This document shows, piece by piece, positions 23,100 to 35,437 of a stretch of 64,000 bases of DNA; the first letter of the stretch is position 1; every line of letters starts with the position of its first letter. The stretch comes from Psammoneis japonica. Its lineage: Eukaryota. The stretch is taken from the NCBI GenBank assembly GCA_008632985.1, contig QPGO01000028.1:305598-369597 (forward strand), written 5' to 3'. The notes under the pieces were generated by a model. It was not told the DNA's origin and searched no databases. It worked only from the letters and a program-made list of their open reading frames with translations. A program made the translations under genes and the position numbers.

Positions 23100-26080
23100 G
23101 TATGCGGGATCGGTCATTGCTACAGTTAAAGTTGCTGCCTGTTGATTAGGAAGTTATAGCTTTTCTACAGGCGGGGGTACCACGACTGGAGTCTAACTTA
23201 CTCTTTCTGCGTGAATTTGATTCTTTGGTGTGCCTTTGGCGTTTTGACGGATGTTTTGGTGTTGTTGTTGATGGTATGACGAGAGTACCTTTACGATTGC
23301 GTTACATGTAGTCGTTTTTTTGTGTATTGGGTCTTAGGGCAAGGAGCACAAGGCTTGGAATGCTTAGTGTTTTGACGGATGGTTTTGGGGGTGTTGATGG
23401 TATCAAGAGAGTACCTTTACAATTTCGCCTTGTATCACATCGTTGTGTCCTGGGTAATAGCGTGACAAAGACATTCACAAGGCTGGGAATGCTGTTTGAT
23501 AGAAAGAAATTATTGAATCTAACACTAGTACTTTGACACGAGAACAAACGAACGGGATCGGCTATTGCATTGTTGTAGCTTCTGTGGCAATTGATGAGGT
23601 TGTCATGGTTTTTTGTCTCTGCTTGACCATCATAGATGAAAAAAAAAGAATCAATCATAAAAAATATAATTGACCATCACGAAAAATATCAATGTCAGAA
23701 AACAAACAGACATCAAGTAAGAAAATACACTGCAAAAACACAATTTCAAACTAATCTAGTTATCTTGGTGGAGTAGTATAAGCAGCTTTTATATTTTAAA
23801 TGTATGTCTAGTTAACGACATGTCCAGTTAACGACTGATAAAAAGAACAATCTGGTTTCAGTCGTTAATTTGAATATTTGTTAGTCGATCAGGTATTTAT
23901 GACACACATTAGCCTTAATGCCTTGATAGAAACTCCCATATCTGTAGTCGTTCTCCTTCGGGTGGTTGCAAAGGCTAATAATCTATTACCCTAGTACTTC
24001 GAGAACCAAGGAACGGGATCGGTTATTGCTTTAGTTGCAGCTGCTCTAGCTATTGATGATTTAGTTATTTTTTGTGTCTCTGGTTGACTATCATAGATGA
24101 AAAAAGAAGAATCAATCATGAAAAAATGTAATCGACAATCTTAAGTCACTAACGTCAAGTCAGAAGATTTATTAGGCCAAATATCCGGGTGTCTTGGGCA
24201 TTGCTGAATAAGAAAAGCGAGAGGCCTCACACGACAACGGAGATGACGGCCCATAACGGCATCGAAGTTCTACAGTACCTTATGACAATAAGAATAACAC
24301 CATTAGAACCGCCATATTTTTCTTAGTCTGTGGGTGCTATTTCTTTTTTTGTTCAGTGCAAATACAACAGGCTTATGGGATGACTTAAGCGGTTGTCAAG
24401 TGGAAAGTTTTTGTACACTTCTCGGGCCATTTCGAGCCCCTAATCTAAACGTAAACAACATAAGAATAGCACCATTGAATAAATCGTATGTAACTTAGAC
24501 AGTATGGTTATTTCTGTGTCATACAGATCTACTTTAGTGACCTTATGTGTCGACTTTCTATGATGCACATCAAGACAGGCGAAATCATTTGAAGACAAAA
24601 GGTCCATTGTAGACTAGTAGAAGAACTGCAGCATATCCTTCAGGAGCCACGTCATATCTACTTCACATTATCGATTGATGCGGTGCAGGCGAGCTTTTGG
24701 TTTGCTTTACTGGTGTCCTACGAAAACCAAGAAGCATGTACGAGATGTATGACAGCATACGGCCCACATCACTCTTTTCTCTTTTTTCACGCTTCCGAGC
24801 TTTTCGAGCTATTTCGTCTTTTTAATTTTCTTTTTTCGCTCGGTTAGGGTTGGCCTTAGTGCTAAAACATGTCAAAGTAACGACTGTTGAAAAGGCGTTA
24901 ATTTGGCACAAAGGCGTGAATTTGGACATTTGTTAGGGCCCTAGTCGCTCTTCTGCCGGTTGTTGCAAAATAAAAACTTCGACACGATAATCACCTAACG
25001 GGATCGGTTATCGCTGTAATTGCAGTTGCTATGGCCATTGATGTGATAGTTATTTGGTGAGTATACACAAACATACATTTTAACATCAATCTTTTAAAGA
25101 TGGCATTCGTGGTGTTTTCCCGTTGGACGACCTAAGATATTTTTCGATTAGTCATCTCGCCATTCAATGTAGTCGATAATATTTTGGATGCAAAAGATAA
25201 GATGAAATATGGTAGCTTATGTGTAGAATACAACAGATCGTTTGTAAGGCCAAAATTGTGCTTGTGTCGTCAAAAAATACAAACCATAAGGGGCCGCCAT
25301 GGCCGATGTTCGGAATAATTTATTGTGTAGTGTTACACTGTCTGTAATGAAGCATAAGCCAAACATTAATGCTTCATAATGATAAGGTTGAACCCATAGG
25401 ATACACCCTTATTCGTAGCTATAGGAAAACGAAAGGAATGATTCGTATTTTACATAAACGTAACACCCATTTCTTGTCTCTGGTTTTGTCTACCGGCATT
25501 AAAACTGACCCTACAAAATACTGGTAGACGGTAGATGAAAAAAGAAGAAATCAATCATGGATAAGAAATGCAATTGACCATCTTAAGTCACTTATCACAA
25601 AACAGCAAATGTCAGAAAATAAGCGAATATCAAGTCAGAAAATAGAGTGTTCTAAACGGCTCTTATATTTTGACGTTAATTTGGACATTTGATATTTGGT
25701 CAGGTACGTTTTGTTGCACGCTAGCCTCAATGCCTTGATGAGAAACTCACATCTCTGTAGTCTTTCTTCTGTCAGTTGTTGTAAAGGCTTGAATCTACCC
25801 TAATCCTTCGACACGAGAACCTAACAGCATCGGTTATTGCTATAGTTGCATGATGGATGAAAAAAGAAGAATCAACCGCGGAAGTTGCTTTCTAGTTGCA
25901 CGCTAGCCTCAATGCCTTGATGAGAAACTCACATCTCTGTAGTCTTTCTTTTGCCAGTTGTTGTAAAGACTTGACTCTACCCTAATCCTTCGACACGAGA
26001 ACCTAACAGCATCGGTTATTGCTATAGTTGCATGATGGATGAAAAAAGAAGAATCAACCGCGGAAGTTGCTTTCTAGAGT
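23100..26080. repeat. Dispersed degenerate copies of the GH125 gene 3' end and flank
   Basis: TAGCCTCAATGCCTTGATAGAAACTCACATCTCTGTAGTC-like blocks at ~23910, ~25722 and ~25903 match 35904-35942 (and 35676-35725). 23730-23980 aligns with 35748-35970. GGATCGGTTATTGC-like motif recurs at ~23107, 23555, 24016, 25001, 25830 and 26010. Confidence 0.7.
25713..26076. repeat. 182-bp tandem duplication
   Basis: GTTGCACGCTAGCC...GAAGTTGCTTTCTA at 25713-25894 and 25895-26076. Confidence 0.92.
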
Positions 26081-27465
26081 GCATGTCTTTAAACTCGCAA
26101 ATGTAGGCAAGAAGAAGAACGGATCTGAGAGAAGACAACATATCTCAAAATCTAAGTATTTATGGACCCCTAATTTGAAAAAAAGGGATTCATCGCACTA
26201 AATGCACGCGCGTTCGCCAAAATGAAATTGCAGTGATAGGTCGAGCTTTATGAGTTCTCAAGACATCATAGTATGCAAAGGCGATGGTTATGAGCATGCG
26301 CGACGTTTGGCTTATAGACTGTAGATATGTCTATAGCAAATCAAACGCCAATTATCGGCATTTCCTGGAAAAGTATGGCTTATCTACCATAAGTAGCATA
26401 ATTTTGGCGAAAATTAGCGGTAATTTCAACCTAGCATCAGGGCAAAAGTTAAAGAATTTTCATGCTTCATGCAACATTTCTTGCTTCAAAAGACCTAAGA
26501 TGAGCCTATATTTAAAGTCAGTTTTGTCAGAATGCACAAGCCATAAAAAGTTAAGCAACTCACCAAACATTGTGGAGAGGGCATCTCTTGCGTTGACATC
26601 CTTGATGCTTTTATTGATGCAATTTCAAAAGCTGAGATCGAGGCGCAATCTGGTTTTCAGCATCAACTCAAAATTATCGGGATCACGCTCGAACAACGCC
26701 TTCCGAAAAAAAAGCTATTTCGAGTAGCACTAGCTCCAACTTACTTTTTTTGCCTCGTTAGTAGCTCTCTACAGTACCATGGATACATTACCTGTAACCT
26801 ACCTGTGGCTACTTTTCTTTGGTTTCTTTTGCCTATTGAAGCTCTGCATTGCTTTCTAGAGCGTATGTCTTTTCAACTCGCAAATGTAGGCAAGAAAAAG
26901 AATTGAGCTGCGAGAAGAGAACAAGTCTCAAAAGCTAAGCAAAAAATCTCCATCGCAATGGGTTTTCTGAGGTGAAACGAAGTTAAGATTGGCTCAGCTC
27001 CGTTGCTTGTTTCAAAAAGTCCAAAGATGAGTGATTGAGTTTTCTGAGGTTTAATGAAGTTTACATGGCTCGTCAACAGCTCCATTGCCCGTTTCAAAAA
27101 GTCCTAAGATGAGCGATTGATGCTATTTCTTAAAGAAAAAACTAACCACCTTGTCACTGAATGATTCACAGAAATTCGACTAAAATTAATTAAAAAGGCA
27201 AATCATCGCCTTTTTCTTTTCGACTAAAATTAATAAAAAAAGATCATCGCCTTTTTTCTTTTAAATCCGACAGTCCATGGAACCTGTGTACCTCGTTCAA
27301 TCGGAAGATTCTTCCTTGAAGCCATTGCTTGTTTCAAAAAGTCCTAACCAGATTTTTATGTATCCACCATGTAATTGTCTGCTAAAGCTTTAAGTCTTGT
27401 TTGTGCTACAGGTGTGTTGTACATTTGAAAACCCTTTAGCAATGTCATGGCACATGGCCAGTGTG

Positions 27466-27703
27466 TGTTGGAAATGGTGAATTAAAAGTTCAAACACCGA
27501 AATTAGATAGCGTGAAGAAGACGTACGCGTCAGCGCTTATGTGCTCCACGTGAAGCAACGAAACAGCCGATGGAAGCAGTCATTATTCTCTTTTAACTCT
27601 TAGAAAGTATTGTGATAACAAGCTTGTCTATTTTAGCCTCAGGATCAGACCTTAGAGGACTGAGGTGGCTCTGGAACAATCACCAGAAGGACAAATTACA
27701 ACA
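27466..27703 (+). repeat. 5' LTR of Copia family A
   Basis: TGTTGG...TACAACA; aligns end to end with 32730-32967. Confidence 0.95.
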
Positions 27704-28424
27704 GCTGAAAGAGAACAATCCAGCTGAGAGCTGTGAAAAGAAAGCAAGAAAGAAAAGAGTCATTCTCACGGTGTGTGAGACATTTTACTGCTTTGCCTTT
27801 TTATCATGAGTGGAAGAGGCAGAGGTGGAACTGGCAACAGAAGCCAAGGAAGAGCATGCATTGAACTGCCAAGAGCACAGGTGTGACATGTGGCTGTCAT
27901 CTCAGATTCAATGAGAGCGGTGCTGGAAACCAAGCAGAAGGAGAAGGAGAGTCTCCAAGATCACACCAAGAGATTCAGGGTTGCAAGGGACATCATGAAG
28001 TCTCACATTGGAGGACCAATTGTCCTCACCAAGGCAGTGCAAGGCATGTCAGAATGCGACGAGCACAATGCGGATTCTATCAAGAAGTGTCAAGAAAAGG
28101 CATTCAGCCAATTGATGGGTTACGTGCACTTGGAGAACGCAGACCAGTGCAAGTGCGGATCAATTCTAACAGGATTGAACACTCAGCAGTCCCTCAAGAA
28201 CGACCAACATCCCAAGTCTGTTGCGGAAGCCAACACGGTGTTGAGCAACCACACTTTTGACTGCGTTGGTCAGCCTGACAACTGCTGTAACAGGAACAAT
28301 CGAAACAACAACTCTGACTCCAAGAAACAAGAAGAAAACCAAGAAATCACGCTGTCCTTTGCTCAGTTAGAAGGCAAGTGTTGCTGCTGTGGCAAGGCCG
28401 GACACAATTCCAACAAGTGCTGGG

Positions 28425-28759
28425 TGTTGTAATTCATCCTTCTGGTGACTGTTCCAGAGCCACCTCAGTCCTCTGAGGTCTGATCCTGAGGCTAAAATGG
28501 ACAAGCTTGTTGTCACAATGCTTTCTAAGAGTCAAAAGAGAACAAGCTTGTCTATTTTAGCCTCAGGATCAGACCTCAGAGGACTGAGGTGGCTCTGGAA
28601 CAGTCACCAGAAGGACAAATTACAACAGTTAAAAGAGAACAATGACTGCTTCCATCGGCAGTTTCTTTGCCTCACGCAGAGCACATGAGCGCTGATGCAC
28701 ACGTCTTCTTCGCGCTGTCTAATTTCGGTGTTTGAACTTTTAATTCACCATTTCCAACA
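28425..28759 (-). mobile_element. Rearranged solo LTR of family A inserted antisense into gag of the same family
   Basis: Reverse-oriented LTR ends, perfect 5-bp TSD CTGGG (28420-28424 / 28760-28764), and an internal inverted duplication with arms 28425-28511 and 28541-28627. Confidence 0.92.
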
Positions 28760-31700
28760 CTGGGAAAGGCAAGGAAAACCTCAAGCAGAATGGGCCATCA
28801 ACAAGGCCAAAGCCAAGCAAGAAGCAAGCAACGCTCAGGCGAGTGACGATGCCAGTGCAGCCAATTCTTCTGCCAAAGAATCCACTGGAACAAAATCTGC
28901 TGTTTCAGGATGGGCTGGCACGCACATCAAGCGATTTGTCTCTCCACCAGGATCAATCTGGCAGCATGAGAGACTGGATCTTATTGGACAACCAGTCCAC
29001 AACCACAATCTTCTGCAATGAGAAGCTCGTTGCAGACATCCGTCCGTCAGATGAAGCCATGCGTTTGGTCACGACACCACAAGGCCATGGTGCCAGGGTT
29101 TGGCAAGACTTGGTTTAACCCAGATGCAATCACCAACATTTTTGCTTGCTCTGACATGAAGAAGAAACACAGAATCACAAGTGATTCTAAGCAAGACAAC
29201 GCATTCACCGTTCATCTCCCCAACAAGAAGGTTGGGTTCGAGGAGGACGGAAAAGGGCTGCAAGTTTACAAGCCCAAGATAAATGACACTGGAACTCAGC
29301 TCCAATTTGTGCAGAGTGTGGAAGAGAACAAGAAGTTCTACACTCCACGACAGTTCGAGAAAGCCAAGAGGGCTGGGGAATTGTTGCGCGCATTGGGAAA
29401 CCCAACCGTGAATGATCTGAAGGCCATCATTCGCGTGAACAGCATCAAGAACAATCCCGTCACAACGGAGGATGTAGATTTGGCCTAGAAGATTTTTGGA
29501 CCAGATGTTGGAAGTCTAAAAGGCAAGGTCACAAGGCAGAAGCCGGAGCCAGTTGCAGAAGACTGCGTGGAGATCCCGAAGGAGCTCATTGCAGTGCAAC
29601 ACAAGGTCACTCTTTGCCTGGACGGTCTCAAGGTGAATGGATTGCCATTCCTCACCACAGTGTCACGAAACATTTTTTATCGCACGGCACAACCGCTCAA
29701 GGACTTGACCCAACCAACTCATCAAGAAGCTCTGGAAGATGTGCTGCGAGTCTACAACAAGGCCGATTTGAAGGTCACATGCATTGCTTCGTTGCAACAA
29801 CGAATTCAGGCCCATTGGGAATGCACTAGAAGACAAGTTTGATCTCAAGATGAACTGCGCAAATGCTCAGGAGCATGTCCCAGAAGCCGAAAGAAACAAC
29901 AGAGTTGTTCAAGAATGTGCCAGGGCAGTCTGTCATCAGCTGCCATCCAAGCATCTGCCAAAACTCATGGTCAAAGTCATGGTCACCGAAGCTGCTAAGA
30001 AGCTCAATCATTTTCCAGCCAAGCACGGCGTTTCCAAACATTGCAGTCCAAGAATGATTCTCCATCAAAAGAATCGAGACTGTGACAAGAGCTGCAAGAT
30101 CACGTTCGGCACTCATGTGCAAGCTCACAATGACCCGGACCCCAAGAACACCCAAGAGTCACAGACCTTGGATTGCATTTGTTTGCGCCCCACCGACAGC
30201 AACCAGATTGGACATGAGTTGCTGCACTTGCAAACCGGCAAGAAGATCACTCGTCGCAAGGTCACCCCTGTGCCCATCACTCCCACCATCATGAAGCAGG
30301 TTCATCGTTTGGCTGAAATGAACAAGATGCCCAATGGTCTCAAGATTCAGAACAGCACTGGAGCTGTTTTGTGCAACAGTGCTTGGCTTGCAGGAGTGGA
30401 TTGTGATGAAGATCAATTTGAAGACGAAGACTGTGATCTAGAAGAAGACATTGAAACTGAAGACAACGAGGAAGAAGAGCCAGACTGGGGAGACTGCAAC
30501 AGAGTCATTCAAGAAGAGCTGCAAGACACAATTCAAGAACAAGAATTGGATGAAGAAGCCAGCTGCATCAGCAAAGAACAAGACGAGACTCAAGAAGAAA
30601 AACCTCCAATGATGAGCATCTCGGAGACAATGACGAAGTTGGTTCTCAACCGTCAGACGGCAGCGGAATTTCACAAGAAATCAACGACATGATTGACCAC
30701 ATTGATGAACAACAGAGGCTGGAACAAGAGAAGGAACACTCTCCGGAAGTGCAAGAGATCATCGACGAAATGAAAGACCTGGAATCTGATGACGAATCTG
30801 GAGAGGAGCAGAGCAAAACCAAAGAAAGTGTCCAAGAAGAGCCTGTTGCTGCATCCAGGGCAGGAAGGACTCTGAAACCTCCAGTTAGATTGGGAGACTG
30901 CCAATGCCATCTACAGACTCAAGCTCATTCACAAGAAGAAGAGCACAGCTTAGAAACAGCCAGAATCATGGCCACGACAATGTGTCAGTGGAACGAGAAG
31001 GTCAGCACGATTTCCACTGATGAAGAAGCACATCAATTTGTTCAGACTTGCAGCTTGGCACGAGGACTCCAGAAGTTTGGAGAAGAAGGCCACAAGTCGG
31101 CAGTGTCAGAGCTGAAGCAAATCCACAATGGAGTGGTTTTCAAACCCATTCACATCAATGACATGACTCCTCTGGAGAGGAAGAGAGCCATGGAGAGCCT
31201 CATGTTTCTCACAGAGAAGAGAGATGGACGAATCAAGTCAAGGTTGTGTGCAAACGGAAGCACGCAACGAGAGCACATGGACCGAGATGAAACCGCCAGT
31301 CCGACAGCATCCACAGAATCTGCTCTCATTGCAGGAGTGATTGATGCCAAGCAAGGCAGAGACATCATGACAGCGGACATCCCGAGCGCATTTGTGCAAA
31401 CGGACATCAAGGTCAAGGATGAAAAGATCATCATGAAGATCCGTGGAAGGATGGTGGACATGTTGCTGGAATTGGATTCAGACACTTGCCAGGACTGCAT
31501 CGTGCACGAAGGCAAACACAAGGTTCTCTGCATTGAAATGTTGAAGGCACTCTGCGGAATGCTGGTGTCATCCATTCTTCATTGCAAGAAGTTCCGCAGA
31601 GACATCGAAGGAATTGGATTTGAGGTCAACCCTTGTGATCCATGTGTCGCCAACCGCATCATGAATGGAAAACAACACACGGCAACATGGCATGCAGACG

Positions 31701-32729
31701 ATTTAAAGTCTGGTCACGTTGACAGCAAGGTCAACAATGAACTCAAGATTTGGTTGGACAAAACTCATGCAGATGAGATCGGAAAGGTCAAAGTCACTCG
31801 TGGAAAGAGGCACGACCATCTAGCCATGACTCTAGATTGCTCCATTCCAGGAGCACTGCAAGTTGACATGGTGCTTCATGTGCAAGGAATGGTCGAGGAG
31901 TTCTTCAAGGAATTCCCAGAAGAATTGTCAGGTGACGTGGATTGCCCATGGAGCGAGAAGCTCAACAAGGTGGGTGAGACAGCCAAGAAATTAGATCTCA
32001 AGCATGCTCGAGCATTTTGCACTTTTGTGATGAAGGGCATGTTTGTGTGCAAGAGAGCCAGACAGGACATTCAGCCTGGCACTGCTTTTCTCTCCACCAG
32101 GGTCAAGGATCCGAACGAATCGGACTGGCCAAAGCTGGTGAGGCTCATGAATTTCCTCAAGACAACCCAGTTTGATGTCGCAGTCATGTCGGCTGGAGAC
32201 AAAGTCATCATCGAGTGGCACACTGATGCCGCATTCGCAGTCCATCTGGACCACAAAAGTCACACAGGTTCTGCCATGACCCTTGGAAAAGGTGTCATTG
32301 CATCAGTCAGCACGAAGCAGAAGATCAACACCAGGAGTTCCACAGAAGCAGAGATTGTCGCAGGAGACGATGTTTTTGCAAAGGTCCTTTGGACCAAGCA
32401 TTTTGTTGAAGCTCAAGGTTTTGAAGTTGAGCGCAACATCATGCATCAAGACAACCAAAGTTGCATGAAACTAGAACAAAATGGAAAGGCCAGCTCGGGC
32501 AAATGCACGAGACATTTCAACATCAAGTGTTTTTGCATCACTGACCTCATCAAGCGAGGAGAACTTGAGATTGAGTTCTGCCCAACAGACAAGATGATGG
32601 CAGATTGCATGACCAAACCAGTGGTTGGCAAAAGTTCATTGTTGATCGTCAAGCCATCATGAACATCCAAGTGCCCAAGATGGTCAAATTTGGAAATGGC
32701 AAGAATCTTGTCATTGGTCAGCAGGAGTG

Positions 32730-32967
32730 TGTTGGAAATGGCGAGCTAAAAGTTCAATCACCGAAATTAGATGGCGCGAAGAAGACGCACGTGCCAGCGC
32801 TCATGTGCTCCACGTGAAGCAACAAAACAGCCGATGGAAGCAGTCGTTGTTCTCTTTTGTCTCTTGGAAAGCATTGTGACAACACGCTTGTCTGTTTTAG
32901 CCTCAGGATCAGACCTTTGAGGACTGAGGTGGCTCTGGAACAGTCACCAGAAGGACAAATTACAACA
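32730..32967 (+). repeat. 3' LTR of Copia family A
   Basis: Follows the PPT-like tract; same length as the 5' LTR. Confidence 0.95.
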
Positions 32968-33199
32968 GCATGCTCTGCAGTGTGTGGGCAGTTTGCCCAG
33001 TGACGGGAAGCATGCGGGGAGTCGGCTGGGCCCAGAGCACTGGTTCACCCCACCACATCTCCCACACAAAAATCACATTTCCAGTCATGGCTCGTGGTTG
33101 TTTTTGAAGGTTTTCACTCGCAATTGATGTGCCAGGCATTGTTTTGTGCCATGCGTTGTTGTTTCGAAGCCTTTGGTTTGCTGGCTTGCCACTTTCTCC

Positions 33200-34823
33200 T
33201 TGCTTGAGGGGTGGCAACTTCAATGCACTCCACCTGCTCTTCGCATGACGGGTTTGTGGAAACAGCCTTGCTTGGAAATGAACACATGCAAGTGTCAAAT
33301 GGGCACAGAGTGGTGTTGTGATCAAAGAGGGGTGGCAACTTCAATGCACTCCACCTGCTCTGTCTTTGCACAACAGGTTTGTGGAAACAACCTTGCTTGG
33401 CACAAACACACACAAGTGTCAAATGGAGGACACAGAGTGGCACAATCAAACAGTGGAGCATTCTCCAAAACCACCTTGTGCTTGATGAGTTCACAGCCCT
33501 CATCGATGATGTCTTGCAACCTCTCCAAGAAGGTTTCTCCAGTCACGTTGCACCGTGCAGATGACTCATCGTGAAAAGGAAAAAATGCAAGCAAGTGCCA
33601 AATGGAGGACATGGAGTGGCACAATCAAACAGCGGAGCATTCTCCAAAACTGCCTTGTGCTCAAGTTCACAGCCCTTGTTGTCATCGACAATGTCTTGCA
33701 ACCTCTCCAAGAAGGTTTCTCCAGTCACGTTGCACCGTGCAGATGACTCATCGTGAAAAGGAAAAAAATGCAAGTGAGCTGGTTCCAGTCAATCCAGTTG
33801 CCAAGAATCTGACACTGCTGCAAACCAGCAAACATTGGCACCGATCCACTCAAGATCACATCCATTGGTCATTGGCTCTCCCCCAAGAATCACCGCAGAC
33901 ATGGAACCCAAATTTGGACTGGGACAGAGCGGACAGCGGGAACCTTCTCCACACACCGACGTCCCAATGGTGGAAGAGTGCCCAACCACTTGCACACATT
34001 TCGTCGATCATCAAACTGTGGTTGGTCGGGGGTTCTCAGGCTGCCAATCATGGTGACATCATGTCGCTTTTCTTCTTTGGATGAATTGTCACCACAGTTC
34101 GATCCCACTCAGCATGAAGGCAGAAACTGTTGATTTTTTGATTTCCGTTCTGGCACCTCGTCTTCAAAAATGTGATGACTGCTGACGTCTGTTCGACAAG
34201 CTCGTTCAAACCTGGAACATGTGTCCTGGTGAAGTTGTGAAAATCAATTGACCAACAGCCGGCCAAGGCAAAATGGGGCCGCACCATGACGTGGCGCTCT
34301 GGGCACTTCTGAAAGGCCTCAGAATCTCATAAAATTTTCTGGGAACAGTTCAGCAGTTCATTGTCACATCTGCCATTCAACAGAGATTGTGTGTTTTTTG
34401 ATGACCCCACGCGATGATGGTTGTAAAACAATTGTGTGACCAGGGGACAAAGAACAACTTTGCCTTGTCAATGTTTCGAGTCTGCGTGGGGTGGTTTGAG
34501 CTTGCGTTCATGAAAAAGCAATCGTCCCCATGGTTGAAGCTTGGCATCATGCTGCTCATTTCGGGTGAACGCATGTTTGCTGACCGGCCACATTCCACAA
34601 GTGGCATTGGGTGTTGACCCATGCCAACTCCTCGTAGACGTAGAATGGGACACTCAGCAGCAACTCAGGGGCAGCATCGCCAGATGGCTTGCTTCTCCGC
34701 TTGTGTCTGTCAGAGGAGGGCCGTGGGCTGAAAGCAGCAGTGGGCACAAGCCAAAGACACACATGAAGAGCGCGAATTTTCGAATGCTCATCGTGCCGGG
34801 AAACCGGGGGCAGTTTGGGTCAT
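33200..34823 (-). pseudogene. Exostosin-like (GT47) glycosyltransferase pseudogene with a duplicated C-terminal segment
   Basis: PFYVYEEL, HGDDCFF...NHPTQTRNIDKAKLFFVP and SKFGFHVCGDSWG...MDVILSGSVPMF resemble exostosin motifs. Several frameshifts. ~180-bp tandem copies at 33413-33591 and 33592-33774. Confidence 0.7.
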
Positions 34824-35069
34824 GATGGAGTTCGTTTTTGCGTTGCAGCAGCCGTGGGCCGTGGGCGGATCATCGTTGCGCAACACAGTGCAATGTCGAG
34901 CAAAACTCAAAAGGGAAAACAAACAATGTTTCGCTGACATCCAGTCAAATGTAAATGATGTGGAGCTCTGACTGCTGCAGCTCGGCCACTGCCATCGTCG
35001 GTCGTCGCTCTAGCTGCTTCTAGCTAGCTAGAGAGTAGAGCACAGCACCGGTGGCTCTAGCTCTAGAGT

Positions 35070-35437
35070 AGTGGTTATCCGTACAGTACACATACCATGT
35101 TTGGACTAAATAATATGGTGTCAATATGGCATCTCGATCCAAAACGCCACCACAATTTTTCCAATGCTCCCTAATTGTTTTGCCGTTTACAGCAAAGCGT
35201 TAAACACCACAGGGCATAGGGGCTTATGGATAACTTAAGTGAAAATCGATTATAGTGGCATTTGAAGGCTTCTGAATACATAAGAAAGTCGCAGTCGGGG
35301 GCCACGAATCAATCGCCGGCACGCTTTTTTCGCGCGAAATATGGTATTTTATATAGTATCCCGTAGAATCAGTACCAGGATTGCCGTAGCCAGAGATACC
35401 ATATTATGGTATCATGGTATCTGTACGGATAACCACT
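35070..35437. mobile_element. MITE-like element
   Basis: Perfect 17-bp inverted repeat AGTGGTTATCCGTACAG (35070-35086 / 35421-35437) inside CTAG-rich low-complexity flanks. TSD not resolved. Confidence 0.65.

Larger units (their letters stand above)
27466..32967 (+). mobile_element. Two-LTR Ty1/Copia retrotransposon, family A (CoDi-like), degenerate, with an internal gag deletion
   Basis: 238-bp LTRs 27466-27703 and 32730-32967. Flanks GTGTG / GCATG. Gag ATG 27806 with a deletion near 27854 relative to the 10.7-12.3 kb copy. Zinc knuckle CCCCGKAGHNSNKC; protease WILLDNQST; RT ADIPSAFVQT, KALCG, NPCDPC, WHADDL; RNase H WHTDAAFAVH, SSTEAE, QDNQS, ADCMTKP. PPT-like CAGCAGGAGTG. Confidence 0.95.

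Noticed and set aside
26284..26727. 147-aa ORF in the AT-rich island
   Set aside because: No recognisable motif; probably chance.
27466..27703. Fungal-type RIP (CpA->TpA) creating TpA in the 5' LTR
   Set aside because: Conserved Tyr motifs, the TTAA TSD and three-state TA/TG/CA sites point to loss of TpA, not gain.
30689..32662. Alternative genetic code (Tyr reassigned)
   Set aside because: Neighbouring intact genes use TAT/TAC normally, and the depletion also covers non-coding LTRs and TSDs.
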